A stretch of 64,000 nucleotides of DNA from assembly GCA_963728915.1 (NCBI GenBank), contig CAVSLV010000002.1, positions 320,001 through 384,000 on the forward strand, in the 5' to 3' direction. The position numbers and the translations under genes were made by a program. The notes below the pieces were generated by a model that worked only from the letters and a program-made list of their open reading frames with translations, was not told the DNA's origin and searched no databases. This DNA is from an uncultured Gemmatimonadales bacterium. GTDB lineage: Bacteria > Gemmatimonadota > Gemmatimonadetes > Gemmatimonadales > GWC2-71-9. Positions 28,785 through 37,916 of this stretch are shown in pieces (position 1 is the stretch's first letter; every line of letters begins with the position of its first letter).

Positions 28785-30192
28785 CAGGCCTCGCGCTTGG
28801 GTCGCATGAGGAAGGAATAGAGCACGAAGGAAACGATGGCCGCCGAAAACCACGCGCCCGAGAAAAGAAAGCCCACACTCGGAAACACCGCCCCGGCCAG
28901 GGCGACCGCGATCCCGGCGCCGGTCGCGATCAGCGCGGCGCGATTCACGACCGGATACGCGCCGCCCTCACGGTAGAGATCGTCCACGGCCAGCCGGCCG
29001 CCCCGCACCACGAGATAGTCGCACACGATCACTCCGCCCACCGCGCCGAGCAGGCCCGAGTAGCTGAGCAGCCAGGTCTGATAGGAGTCGAGCAGTTTCC
29101 AGGGAAGGATCAGGATGCCGATGATCGCCGCGAGGATGCCGCCCGTTCTGGCGCTGATCCGTCGCGGGCTCAGATTGGCGAACGCGTTGGCCGGCGCGAC
29201 GATGTTGGCGGCCAGGTTGGTGGTCAGCGTCGCCACCAGGATGGCCACCAGGGCCACCAGCGCGAGCACCGGCCGATGCTGCTCCGCGGCGATGCGTCCC
29301 ACCAGCTCGACCGGATTCCAGATCGCCTTGCCATAGAGCGTGACCGTCGCGCTGGTCACGGCCACTCCGATGAAGGCGAACAGCGGCATGGTGGTGAGGA
29401 GACCGACGGTTTGCCCGACGGCCTGGTCGCGCTGGGTCCGCGCGAACCGGGAGAAATCCGGAATACTGAGGGCCAGGGTCGCCCAGAAGCCCACCATCGC
29501 GGTGAGCCAGGGAAGGAACAGACTCCGGAAGGACGCCCGCGGCGCCCCGGCCGACAGGGCATCGCTCCGCGACAGGAGCGACCCCGATCCCGCCGACCCG
29601 CCGGGCGGCCCACCAGAGCAAGGCCAGCCCGATCACGATCAGGAACGGCGCCGAGACCGTCTCCAGCCACTTGATGGACTCGGTGCCTTTCCAGACGAAC
29701 CACAGGTTGATCAGCCAGAAGATTGCGAAGCCCAGGGAAGCCGGAACGCCGATCCCCATGAAGGTCGCATCTCCGCCTAACCCGCGCCATCCCGGCCAGA
29801 ACAGGGCGAGGATTTCACTGATCGCGAGCCCCCCCACCCAGGTCTGTATGCCGAACCAGCCGCAGGCCACCACCGCCCGGAGCAGCGCCGGCAGGTGCGC
29901 GCCCCGAAGCCCGAACGAGGCCCGGACATAGACCGGGAACGGAATTCCATACCGGGTCCCGGCGTTCGCATTCACCAGAAGTGGAATCAGGACGATGGCG
30001 TTGCCCAGGAGAATCGTCGCCAGCGCCTGCCACCAGTTCATGCCGGCCCCGATGAGACTCGCCGCGAGCATGTAGGTCGGAATGCACACTGAGAGACCGA
30101 CCCACAGCGATGCATAGTGCCAAAGCCCCCAGGTCCGCGCCCCAGTAGATACCGGCGCAAGGTCGGCATTACAGTACTGAAGACTGGCTCAT
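28784..30192 (-). CDS. NCS1 nucleobase:cation symporter (uracil/allantoin/hydantoin permease family); indels near 29560-29580 and 30140-30180
   Basis: RTWGLWHYASLWVG, RYGIPFPVYVRASFG, CGWFGIQTW, WATLALSIPDFSRFA and TNLAANIVAP motifs. Confidence 0.88.
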
Positions 30193-31067
30193 GACAGCCG
30201 GCCCTTCGCCCGCGACGCCGCACGGGTCAGCGCGCGCCGGGTCAGCACCCGGGCGAGCTGGCGACGGTAGTCTTGACTCGCGTTGAGGTCCGAAGGCGGC
30301 TCGATGTCCTCGGTCGCGGCCAGCTCGGCCGCCCCGGCGATCGACGAGTCATCGAGGGCCCGGCCCCGGAGCGCGGCCATCGCCCGCTGGGCCAGGGCCG
30401 GCCCATCTCCCACGCTGAGGAGCGCGATCCGGACCCGGGCGCACTGTCCTCGCTCGTCCAGCGAGAGCGACACGGCGACCCCGACCAGGGCGTAGTCCCC
30501 GCGGCGTCGAGCGAATTCGTCGAACGCCACTCCCGCCCGGGCGGGAGAGGCCGGAATCTCGATCGCGACGACCAGCTCCCCCGGTTGCAGCGCGGTCGCG
30601 AAGAGCCCGGTGAAAAAATCGTCGGCCTTGATCCGGCGCTCCCCGGCCCGGCTTCGGAGGACCAGCACAGCCTCGAGCGCAACCATGACCGCCGGCAGCT
30701 CCGCCGCGGGATCGGCATGCGCGAGGCTCCCTCCGACGGTTCCCCGGGTCCGGATCTGCGGATGGGCGATGTGCGGCATCGCCTCGGCGAGCAACGGGGC
30801 CCGCTCCGCCACCAGAGGACTCCGCTCGACCGCGGAGTGCCGGGTCAGCGCTCCGATCCGGAGGTCCTCTCCGAGCTTGGAAATGCCCTCGAGCTCGGCA
30901 ATCCGGTTCAGGTCCACCAGGACCGGGGGAGCAGCGAGCCGGAAATTCATCGCGGGAATCAGACTCTGCCCTCCCGCGAGCGGCTTGGCGCCCCCTCGGT
31001 CCGCCAGGAGGATCAGCGCCTCCTCCAGCGACCCGGGCCGGTGGTACTCGAACGGGGCGGGCTTCAT
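30189..31067 (-). CDS. Molybdenum hydroxylase FAD subunit (CoxM/XdhB-like)
   Basis: MKPAPFEYHRP, LAGGQSL, IRTRGTVGGSLAHADPAAE and RRRGDYA motifs. Confidence 0.92.
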   Translation of the reverse strand: MKPAPFEYHRPGSLEEALILLADRGGAKPLAGGQSLIPAMNFRLAAPPVLVDLNRIAELEGISKLGEDLRIGALTRHSAVERSPLVAERAPLLAEAMPHIAHPQIRTRGTVGGSLAHADPAAELPAVMVALEAVLVLRSRAGERRIKADDFFTGLFATALQPGELVVAIEIPASPARAGVAFDEFARRRGDYALVGVAVSLSLDERGQCARVRIALLSVGDGPALAQRAMAALRGRALDDSSIAGAAELAATEDIEPPSDLNASQDYRRQLARVLTRRALTRAASRAKGRLS

Positions 31068-31513
31068 GCGAGCCGGGCGGCGAGCTCCCGCTGCAGGGCC
31101 TCGAGCCCCTGCCGGGTGAGCATCCGGCTCACCGAGTCGAGCAGGCGCTGACCTAACCCGGCAATCTTCCCGCCGACCTGAAGATCCGCCCGGTAATGCA
31201 TCGAGGTCCCGGCGCCCTCGGGCGACAGCGCAACGCTGGCGGTGCCACGGGTGAAGCCGAACCTGCCCTTCCCGTCGATGTGCATGGTGTAGGAGAGGGG
31301 CCGCTCGATATCGGCCAGGGTGATCGCCAGGTCGAATTCGGCCGCGGTGATCGGCCCCACCCCCACCGCCATCTTCCCCTCGTAACGATCCGGTGCGGTC
31401 CGAACCAGCTCACGGGTGCCCGGCATCGCCTTGGCCAGCACCTCGGGATCCATCAGAAGATCCCAGATCCGCTCGGGCGAGCCCGGCAGAGTGTCGTGTC
31501 CTTCAACAATCAC
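31064..31513 (-). CDS. CoxG-like SRPBCC accessory protein
   Basis: IWDLLMDPEVLAKAMPG and VGGKIAGLGQRL. The GTG overlaps the large-subunit stop. Confidence 0.85.
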   Translation of the reverse strand: MIVEGHDTLPGSPERIWDLLMDPEVLAKAMPGTRELVRTAPDRYEGKMAVGVGPITAAEFDLAITLADIERPLSYTMHIDGKGRFGFTRGTASVALSPEGAGTSMHYRADLQVGGKIAGLGQRLLDSVSRMLTRQGLEALQRELAARLA

Positions 31514-33885
31514 CGACCGCCTCCTTCTTGTCCGCCCGTCCGCCCGTCCCCCTGTGCGCCCTTGATCATTTCCCACAGCCGGTTCGGACTCAGTGGAATC
31601 TCGGTGATCTCGATTCCACCGCCCAGCGCATCCTCGACGGCCTGCGCAAAGGCGGCGCCGGTGGGAATCGCTCCTGCCTCGCCGACTCCCTTGGTGCCAA
31701 GTGGATTGAGCGGCGACGGCGACACCAGATGCGCCATCTCCACGGTGGGCACGTCGAGCGCGGTGGGCAGCAGGTAGTCCATGAACGACGCGTTCTGAAG
31801 CTGGCCATTCTCGTCGAACCGGAGCTGCTCGTAGAACGCGTTACCGATCCCGTGCGCCACCCCACCCTGCACCTGGGCCTCCACCACCATGGGGTTGATG
31901 ACTACTCCGCAGTCGTGAACCACCACGTAACGTTTGATGGCCACGGCGGCGGTCTCGGGATCGACCTCGACGATGATCGCATGCACTCCGTTCGCCGCGT
32001 TGCCGCGATCGGGGCCGAAATAGGCAGTGGCCTCGAGCCCGGGCTCGGTCCCGGGCGTCACCGCGCCGCGCAGGGGGTTCGCTCGCCGCGCCAGCTCCCC
32101 CAGCGCGATCGCGTTCGCGGGATGCCCTCGCTCCTGAACCCTTCCTCCAGCGAGCGTCAGCTCATTCTCCGCCACTCCCAGCTCGCGACTCGCGAGCGCG
32201 AGGATCTTCTCCCGGACCTTGATCGCGGCGGCATGGCAGGCGCTTCCCGCCACCACTGCGCCCCGGCTGGCGAACGTCCCGGTTCCCCAACCGAACTCCC
32301 GGGTATCTCCGGTGCTCACCCGCACCTGGTTCACCCGAACGCCCAGCGCCTCGGCGACGATCTGCGCCAGCGTGGTGAAATGTCCCTGTCCCTGGGTGCC
32401 GACTCCGGTGGCGAGCCGGACCGTCCCACTCGGCTCGACCGTAACCCGCGCGCCCTCGTAGGGACCGACCCCGGTGCCCTCGATGTACGACACCACTCCG
32501 ATCCCGACCCGCTTGCCTTCCCGCCGCGCGGCCGGCTGCTCCTCACTCAGGAATCGCTCGTAATCGATCAGCAGCGCCGCCTTCGCCAGCGCGGCGGGAT
32601 AGTTCCCGCTGTCGTACACCAGGGGCCGGAAATCCTGGAACAGAATCTCGTGATCGTAGGGGAACTGGTCGGGCTGGATACAGTTCCTCCGGCGGATCTC
32701 CACCCGGTCGATGCCCAGCTCACGGGCCGCGAAGTCCAGCAGCCGCTCCATCACGAACACCCCGTGCTGCCGGCCCGCTCCCCGCACCGGAGTCACGATG
32801 GGCTTGTTGGTGAAGATCGCCGTGAACTCGCTCTCGTAATTGGGCACCACATAGGGACCCAGCAGCGTGCACTGGCTGTTGATCGGCACCGTGAGCCCAT
32901 AGGGGTCGTAGGCGCCGGTGTCATGGAGGAACCGGTCCTTGACGCCGAGGATTCTGCCATCCGCCGCCACGGCCAGCTCGGCGTCGTGGATCTGCCCCCG
33001 CTCCTGGGTTGTCGCGAAGAAGTTCTCCCGCCGGTCCTCGATCCACTTGACCGGCCGGCCGAGCTGCATGGCCGCCCAGGGGACCAGCACTTCTTCCGGG
33101 TAGAACATCATGATCTTGGGACCGAAGCCGCCGCCGATGAATGGCGCAATCACCCGGACCTGCGATTGCCCGAGTCCGAGCAGCTCGGCCATCCCGTTCC
33201 GGATCGGGATCGGGGCCTGGGTGGTGTCCCAGATGGTCAGCTCCTCGGCGCGAGGATCCCAGGATGCCACGACCCCCCGGTTCTCGATCGCCGCGGAGGC
33301 GCCCCGATCGTAGAAGAACCGCCGCGCGATGATGCGATGGGCGGTGCGCGCGGCGGCCTGATAGTCTCCCTTGGATTGACGGACCTGGGCGGCGAGGTTG
33401 GTGCCGAGCTGCTCATGAATCAGGGGAGCTTCCGGAGTGAGTGCCGCTTCGAGGTTGGTCACCGCGGCGAGCGGATCGAGATCGACGACGATGTCTTCGA
33501 GGGCATCTTCCGCCAGATACCGGCTCTCCGCGATCACCATGGCGAGCGGTTCGCCGGCGTGGCGCACCTTGTCCCGGGCGAGGGGAACCTGGGTGGCGGT
33601 GTTGAAGACCATCCCGGGGATCGGGGGCGGCGGCACCAGCAGCGGCCCGGGCCGCCAGTAATCACCCAGGTCGTCGCGCGGTATAGACTGCGACCACGCC
33701 CGGGCGGGCGCGCGCGGCGCCTGCATCGATGCCCGCGAAGCGTGCCGTGGGCTTCGTCGCTCCGGAGAAACGCGACGTGCAGCATGCCCGGGCAGCTCGA
33801 CATCGTCCACGAAGAGCGCCCGCCCGGTGAGCAACCGGGCATCCTCGAGCCGAGGTACTGAGACGCCAAAGTACACCGGGCTCAT
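31510..33885 (-). CDS. Xanthine dehydrogenase family molybdopterin-binding large subunit (compensating indels around 33670-33790)
   Basis: RLEDARLLTG, GGGFGPK, PVRGAGR loop, QGQGH, GTFASRG, DCG..INP, QVQGG and KGVGEAG (catalytic Glu). Confidence 0.92.
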   Translation of the reverse strand: MSPVYFGVSVPRLEDARLLTGRALFVDDVELPGHAARRVSPERRSPRHASRASMQAPRAPARAWSQSIPRDDLGDYWRPGPLLVPPPPIPGMVFNTATQVPLARDKVRHAGEPLAMVIAESRYLAEDALEDIVVDLDPLAAVTNLEAALTPEAPLIHEQLGTNLAAQVRQSKGDYQAAARTAHRIIARRFFYDRGASAAIENRGVVASWDPRAEELTIWDTTQAPIPIRNGMAELLGLGQSQVRVIAPFIGGGFGPKIMMFYPEEVLVPWAAMQLGRPVKWIEDRRENFFATTQERGQIHDAELAVAADGRILGVKDRFLHDTGAYDPYGLTVPINSQCTLLGPYVVPNYESEFTAIFTNKPIVTPVRGAGRQHGVFVMERLLDFAARELGIDRVEIRRRNCIQPDQFPYDHEILFQDFRPLVYDSGNYPAALAKAALLIDYERFLSEEQPAARREGKRVGIGVVSYIEGTGVGPYEGARVTVEPSGTVRLATGVGTQGQGHFTTLAQIVAEALGVRVNQVRVSTGDTREFGWGTGTFASRGAVVAGSACHAAAIKVREKILALASRELGVAENELTLAGGRVQERGHPANAIALGELARRANPLRGAVTPGTEPGLEATAYFGPDRGNAANGVHAIIVEVDPETAAVAIKRYVVVHDCGVVINPMVVEAQVQGGVAHGIGNAFYEQLRFDENGQLQNASFMDYLLPTALDVPTVEMAHLVSPSPLNPLGTKGVGEAGAIPTGAAFAQAVEDALGGGIEITEIPLSPNRLWEMIKGAQGDGRTGGQEGGGR
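31526..31549 (-). repeat. 8-mer tandem repeat GGACGGGC at the 3' end of the large-subunit gene
   Basis: Minus strand GGACGGGC x2 followed by GGACAAGA. Confidence 0.5.
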
Positions 33886-33920
33886 GTCCGCCTGTCCGCC
33901 GGTCCGTCAGTCCGCCTGTT
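33882..33920 (-). repeat. 8-mer tandem repeat (GGACAGGC family) at the 3' end of the small-subunit gene
   Basis: Minus strand AACAGGC GGACTGAC GGACCGGC GGACAGGC GGACATGA. Confidence 0.6.
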
Positions 33921-34370
33921 CACATATCGCTTCACCGCGGTCACGATGTTCGCATACCCCGTGCACCGGCACAGGTTTCCCGAGATCGCCTCCCGGATTT
34001 CCAGCTCGCTCGGGGAAGGATGGCGTTCCAGGAACGGCACCAGGGTCATCAGGATGCCCGGGGTGCAGAACCCGCATTGCAGGGCATGGGATTCGTGGAA
34101 GGCCTGCTGCAAGGGATGCAGGGATTCCGGGGCGCCCAGGCTCTCGACGGTTCGGAGGTCGTGCCCGTCGGCCTGGACCGCGAACAGCAGGCAGGACCGC
34201 ACCGGCTCACCGTCGAGAAGCACCGTGCAGGCCCCGCACACGCCGTGCTCGCAACCCACATGGGTCCCCGGCAGGCCGAGATCGTGACGGAGAAAATCGG
34301 ACAGGAGGAGCCGCGGCTCGACCGCCCTGGTCTGGCGGCTCCCGTTCACGACGACGGTGATGGAATGCAT
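33882..34370 (-). CDS. Molybdenum hydroxylase [2Fe-2S] small subunit (CoxS-like)
   Basis: GCEHGVCGACT..C and QCGFCTPG..GNLCRCTGY motifs. Confidence 0.95.
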   Translation of the reverse strand: MHSITVVVNGSRQTRAVEPRLLLSDFLRHDLGLPGTHVGCEHGVCGACTVLLDGEPVRSCLLFAVQADGHDLRTVESLGAPESLHPLQQAFHESHALQCGFCTPGILMTLVPFLERHPSPSELEIREAISGNLCRCTGYANIVTAVKRYVNRRTDGPADRRT

Positions 34371-34406
34371 GGAGAGAATGAACGTACTCTCTCCGGTGGT
34401 TCGTCG

Positions 34407-35243
34407 CTACGCTCTCCGGAGGGACGCCACCAGGCTCACCACCATCAGGAGCAGGCCGCACACCACGACGATCGCCGCGCCGGTGGGCAGGTCCAGTTTG
34501 TAGGACGCGGCCAGCCCCAGCAGGCTCGCGGTCACCGCAATCCCCCAGCCGACGAACAATCGCCCCGACCACTGCTTGGCCAGCATGACTCCGCAGACCG
34601 CCGGAACGATCAGGTAGGCAAACGTGAGCAGGACGCCCGCCAGGCGGACGAAACTGACGACCACCACCGCAAAGGCTGCGTAGAAGAGAAAATCCCACCA
34701 GTGGACCCGGATCCCCTGGGCCTCGGCCTGCTCGGGGTCCGACGACACCAGAGCGAACCGCCGGTGAAAGATCCCGTAGAAGGCCGCCAGGCCGGCGAAA
34801 ATCAGGGCCCGTTGACCGACTTCTCCGCGGGTTACGTTGAGGATATCTCCGGTGAGCAGGTGTTCGAGCTCCTCCTTCCCCCCGGCCACCCGGCTCAGCA
34901 ACAGGATCACTCCCGCCGCAGCCACCACGAACGTGATGCCTATGATCGCTTCCTGGGGGACATTGCGCTTCTTGACTCCCCGCGACCAGCTGAAGAACGC
35001 GGCACCCAGGAAGGTGACCCCGAGGGAGATCCAGAACGTGATCGGGTCGGAAAAGTGATGCCCCAGGATGAGCGCCACACAGGTGCCGAGGGTCGCGACC
35101 TGGGCGAGCGCCAGGTCCACGAAGATCACCTCACGCCGCACCACGTGCAGACCCAGATACACGAGGAGCGGCGGCAGGACGAGGCACGCGGTGAGCGGCC
35201 ACTTCATGATCTCCCAGGCAACCTGAAAATCCGCCTGAATCAT
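34407..35243 (-). CDS. Metal ABC-type permease (ZnuB/MntB-like)
   Basis: LGLHVVRREVIFVDLALAQ, EAIIG, LLTGDIL, GVLLTFAYLIVPA and DLPTGA motifs. Confidence 0.88.
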   Translation of the reverse strand: MIQADFQVAWEIMKWPLTACLVLPPLLVYLGLHVVRREVIFVDLALAQVATLGTCVALILGHHFSDPITFWISLGVTFLGAAFFSWSRGVKKRNVPQEAIIGITFVVAAAGVILLLSRVAGGKEELEHLLTGDILNVTRGEVGQRALIFAGLAAFYGIFHRRFALVSSDPEQAEAQGIRVHWWDFLFYAAFAVVVVSFVRLAGVLLTFAYLIVPAVCGVMLAKQWSGRLFVGWGIAVTASLLGLAASYKLDLPTGAAIVVVCGLLLMVVSLVASLRRA

Positions 35244-36169
35244 GGCTTTGCCTCCAGGGCAGCGGCGAGGGTTCGTACCAGGTAGTCCATCAGGTCGACG
35301 TACGTCGTGGTGTTCGGTACCGCCCCCGGCTGTTGGGGCATCATGACGACGGTGGCGCTGGTCTGACGGGCCACGGTCTCCGCAGTCTTGTGATTCTGAT
35401 AGGGCTGCACCGTGATGACGTGCGCGTTCTGGGTCTTCATCGCCGTCACGATGTCGGCGAGGTGAGACGGCGAGGGAGAGATGCCCGGCTTGGGCTCCAA
35501 TTCGCCGATGACGTCCAGGTTGAACCGGCTCGCGAAGTAGATGAAATCCTTGTGATAACTCACGACCTTCGCCCCGCGGAACGGCGCCAGCTGGCGCTGC
35601 CATTCCGGGAGCTTCTGATCGATCGTCGCGTTGAACCGGACCAGGTTGGCCTTGAAGGTTGCCGCGTTGGCGGGATCCACCTGGGCCAGATGATCGGCGA
35701 TCTCGCCGGCGACGATCTTCGCATTCACCGGATCGATCAGGAAGTGGGGATTGCCCAGCGCGTGGATGTCGCCTTTGGAGCGGTCGAAAGTGGTCGGGAC
35801 CTCCAGCAGGTGAATCCCGGTGGAGGCGACCACCCGGCCCGGAGCCCCGGCCGCAATCTTGGAATTGCGGGCGTTGTCGAGCAGCGGCGGGAGCCAGCCC
35901 AGCTCCAGCTCGGCCCCACCCTCGATCAGCACGTCGGCGCGGTTCAGGGTGATGAGGTGGCTGGGCTTCGGATCGACGAAATGAGCATCCTCGGTCGGCT
36001 TGGCGAGCGCGGTGACGTCAATCGCGTCGCCCCCGACGGCCTGGGCCAGCGCCGCCAGATCAGGGGTCGTCGCCACGACGTTGAGTTTCTTCACGGCGGG
36101 AGGATTGCCCCATCCCGCGAGGAGCGCGAGCGCGGCCAGCTTGATGGTTCCGGTCATGATTCTGTGCAT
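35240..36169 (-). CDS. Cluster A-I (ZnuA/TroA) metal-binding periplasmic protein
   Basis: VVATTPDL, EDAHFVDPKP, GNPHFLIDP, YHKDF and EPKPGISPSPSHL motifs. Confidence 0.9.
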   Translation of the reverse strand: MHRIMTGTIKLAALALLAGWGNPPAVKKLNVVATTPDLAALAQAVGGDAIDVTALAKPTEDAHFVDPKPSHLITLNRADVLIEGGAELELGWLPPLLDNARNSKIAAGAPGRVVASTGIHLLEVPTTFDRSKGDIHALGNPHFLIDPVNAKIVAGEIADHLAQVDPANAATFKANLVRFNATIDQKLPEWQRQLAPFRGAKVVSYHKDFIYFASRFNLDVIGELEPKPGISPSPSHLADIVTAMKTQNAHVITVQPYQNHKTAETVARQTSATVVMMPQQPGAVPNTTTYVDLMDYLVRTLAAALEAKP

Positions 36170-36176
36170 TCCTTCC

Positions 36177-37511
36177 TTAGAACTTGTGCGCGGCGTGCGC
36201 TCCGAGAATGAACTCGAACTGCAGCCACACCGAATGATCGATGCCGATTCCCTTTCGGTCATCGTAGTTGTATTGCAGGCGGATCTTCGAGAACTCGCTC
36301 GGATACCAGGTCAGATTGGGGGAAACCCGGGTCCGAGTCGCCCGGTCCGCCACCGTGAACGCGGCCTGACTGCCGCTGACATATTCGCCACGCAGGCCCA
36401 GCACCACGCGCGGCTTGACGCCCCAGAGCAACTGGGAGTACACCCCTCGATCGTGGAGCTCTTCGGCGGGGAGCGTGACTTGAGGATCCTCCACCGACGG
36501 CCGCTCCGCCGCGTCGTAGCGCCGGAACATCGCCTCGGTCTGCCACGATACGAACGGGAATCCCTGATGGGCTCTCGCGGATTTCCACTTCCAGTAGAGA
36601 TCCGCCCCGTAGATCTGGGTCCGGGCATGCGGCCCCGAGCTGTTGGGCCCGAACGCGCCCGAGACACCCATCAACAGGACCTGGGTGGAGGTCAGGTCGA
36701 ACGAGGTGCTGATCCGGGGCTGGATCAGGAAATCCCCGAGACCCGAAACCTCCCGGTCGGCCGGGACACCCCCGTGAATCTGGGAAGACTCTTCCGAATC
36801 GAAGCTCCAGTTGGTTCCCCCCCTGCTGTTGAAGACCCCGAGCAGGGCCTCGGTATACCACTTCGTCGGAAGAAGCCAGGAGACCCTTGCCCCCTGGCTC
36901 CTCAGCCCTTCCGCCCCGAACATTCGATTGAGGACCAGCGGCTGGTCCACTGCCGGCCACGCGTGAGGATGCTGCTGATTCTGGCGACCGAATTCGGCGA
37001 AGAACTGTCCGACCCGGAGCTGGAGATTGGCGGGGAGCGAGGTGGTCAGGACGTACGCTTCCTCCAGCTCGAAGTCCGACTCGCCGCTGGTGTCGAGCTT
37101 GTACACGACATTGACGAATCCTCTGAAGTACGGGTCCACCGCTCCGTCGAGGGTCAGCTCCTCGTTGGGAATGGTGAAGCCGCGGACGTGCGGATCATGA
37201 TCCCCTTTCTGAAGCGATGGGACGTCCTTCTCGCTCGACCACCCGAAGTCGGAGAGCCCCGAGAACCCGAAATTCATGTACACGCCCGCCGAGGCCTGCA
37301 CCAGCGCCGCCGCCGGCTCCGCGGGGGCAGGTTGGCCGCCGGCTCGAACCCGCGCCAGGCGGTCAAACCGTGCCTGGAACCTGGACAAGACGGCGACGAC
37401 GGAATCCCGCGGAACCGGACGCTGGTCCCGGGGCAGACTGTCGGATTGTTGAGCCGCCGCATGCGTGGTGCTACCAAGGACTACAGTCACCGCGGCAAGC
37501 AGTGTTCGCAT
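36177..37511 (-). CDS. Outer-membrane beta-barrel porin associated with metal uptake
   Basis: Signal peptide; His-rich segments (GDHDPH, NQQHPHAW); ELEEAY; C-terminal FILGAHAAHKF. A GGAGG RBS lies upstream. Confidence 0.75.
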   Translation of the reverse strand: MRTLLAAVTVVLGSTTHAAAQQSDSLPRDQRPVPRDSVVAVLSRFQARFDRLARVRAGGQPAPAEPAAALVQASAGVYMNFGFSGLSDFGWSSEKDVPSLQKGDHDPHVRGFTIPNEELTLDGAVDPYFRGFVNVVYKLDTSGESDFELEEAYVLTTSLPANLQLRVGQFFAEFGRQNQQHPHAWPAVDQPLVLNRMFGAEGLRSQGARVSWLLPTKWYTEALLGVFNSRGGTNWSFDSEESSQIHGGVPADREVSGLGDFLIQPRISTSFDLTSTQVLLMGVSGAFGPNSSGPHARTQIYGADLYWKWKSARAHQGFPFVSWQTEAMFRRYDAAERPSVEDPQVTLPAEELHDRGVYSQLLWGVKPRVVLGLRGEYVSGSQAAFTVADRATRTRVSPNLTWYPSEFSKIRLQYNYDDRKGIGIDHSVWLQFEFILGAHAAHKF

Positions 37512-37547
37512 AATTCCTCCAATAGACCAAACCACCTGTGATGGCGT

Positions 37548-37883
37548 TCAGACCGGGAGGAGTGGCGGGGCTCGCGAAAAGGGTTGGAAGACCGGGGTGG
37601 CCGGCAACAACTCGGTCGCGCCGAGCGGAGGCGAAACCGCCGCCGACTCTGCCGACCTGGGAGTCCCCGCCACGAGCGCGGGGGTCAGGGGAGGGTGATT
37701 CGCGGTCGCCCGGATACTGCACTGATCCGCATGACAGCCGCCCGAGGCCTCGAAGTGGGAGGCCAGGGTGACTGGATGACTGTGGAACAGCACCCCGTCC
37801 AGCGCGGGAAGGTCCCCACCTCCGCCACTCATCAGGACGATGAACAGCGCGCGAATCAGGTGGGAAACCGGTCCCGTGAGCAT
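37548..37883 (-). CDS. DUF2946-like leader protein with His/Cys motif and C-terminal RAPP
   Basis: Hydrophobic N-terminus, FHSH..SHF..GCHADQC, Pro-rich linker, FSRAPPLLPV*. It ends 36 nt before the porin ATG. Confidence 0.7.
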   Translation of the reverse strand: MLTGPVSHLIRALFIVLMSGGGGDLPALDGVLFHSHPVTLASHFEASGGCHADQCSIRATANHPPLTPALVAGTPRSAESAAVSPPLGATELLPATPVFQPFSRAPPLLPV

Positions 37884-37916
37884 ATCAGGAATCTACCAAC
37901 TTCGGGCGGCGGCGGG

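Noticed and set aside
30189..34370. Aerobic CO dehydrogenase (coxMSL/coxG)
   Set aside because: The large subunit lacks AYxCSFR/AYxGAGR, no coxDEF genes are present, and the context is a nucleobase transporter plus amidohydrolases.
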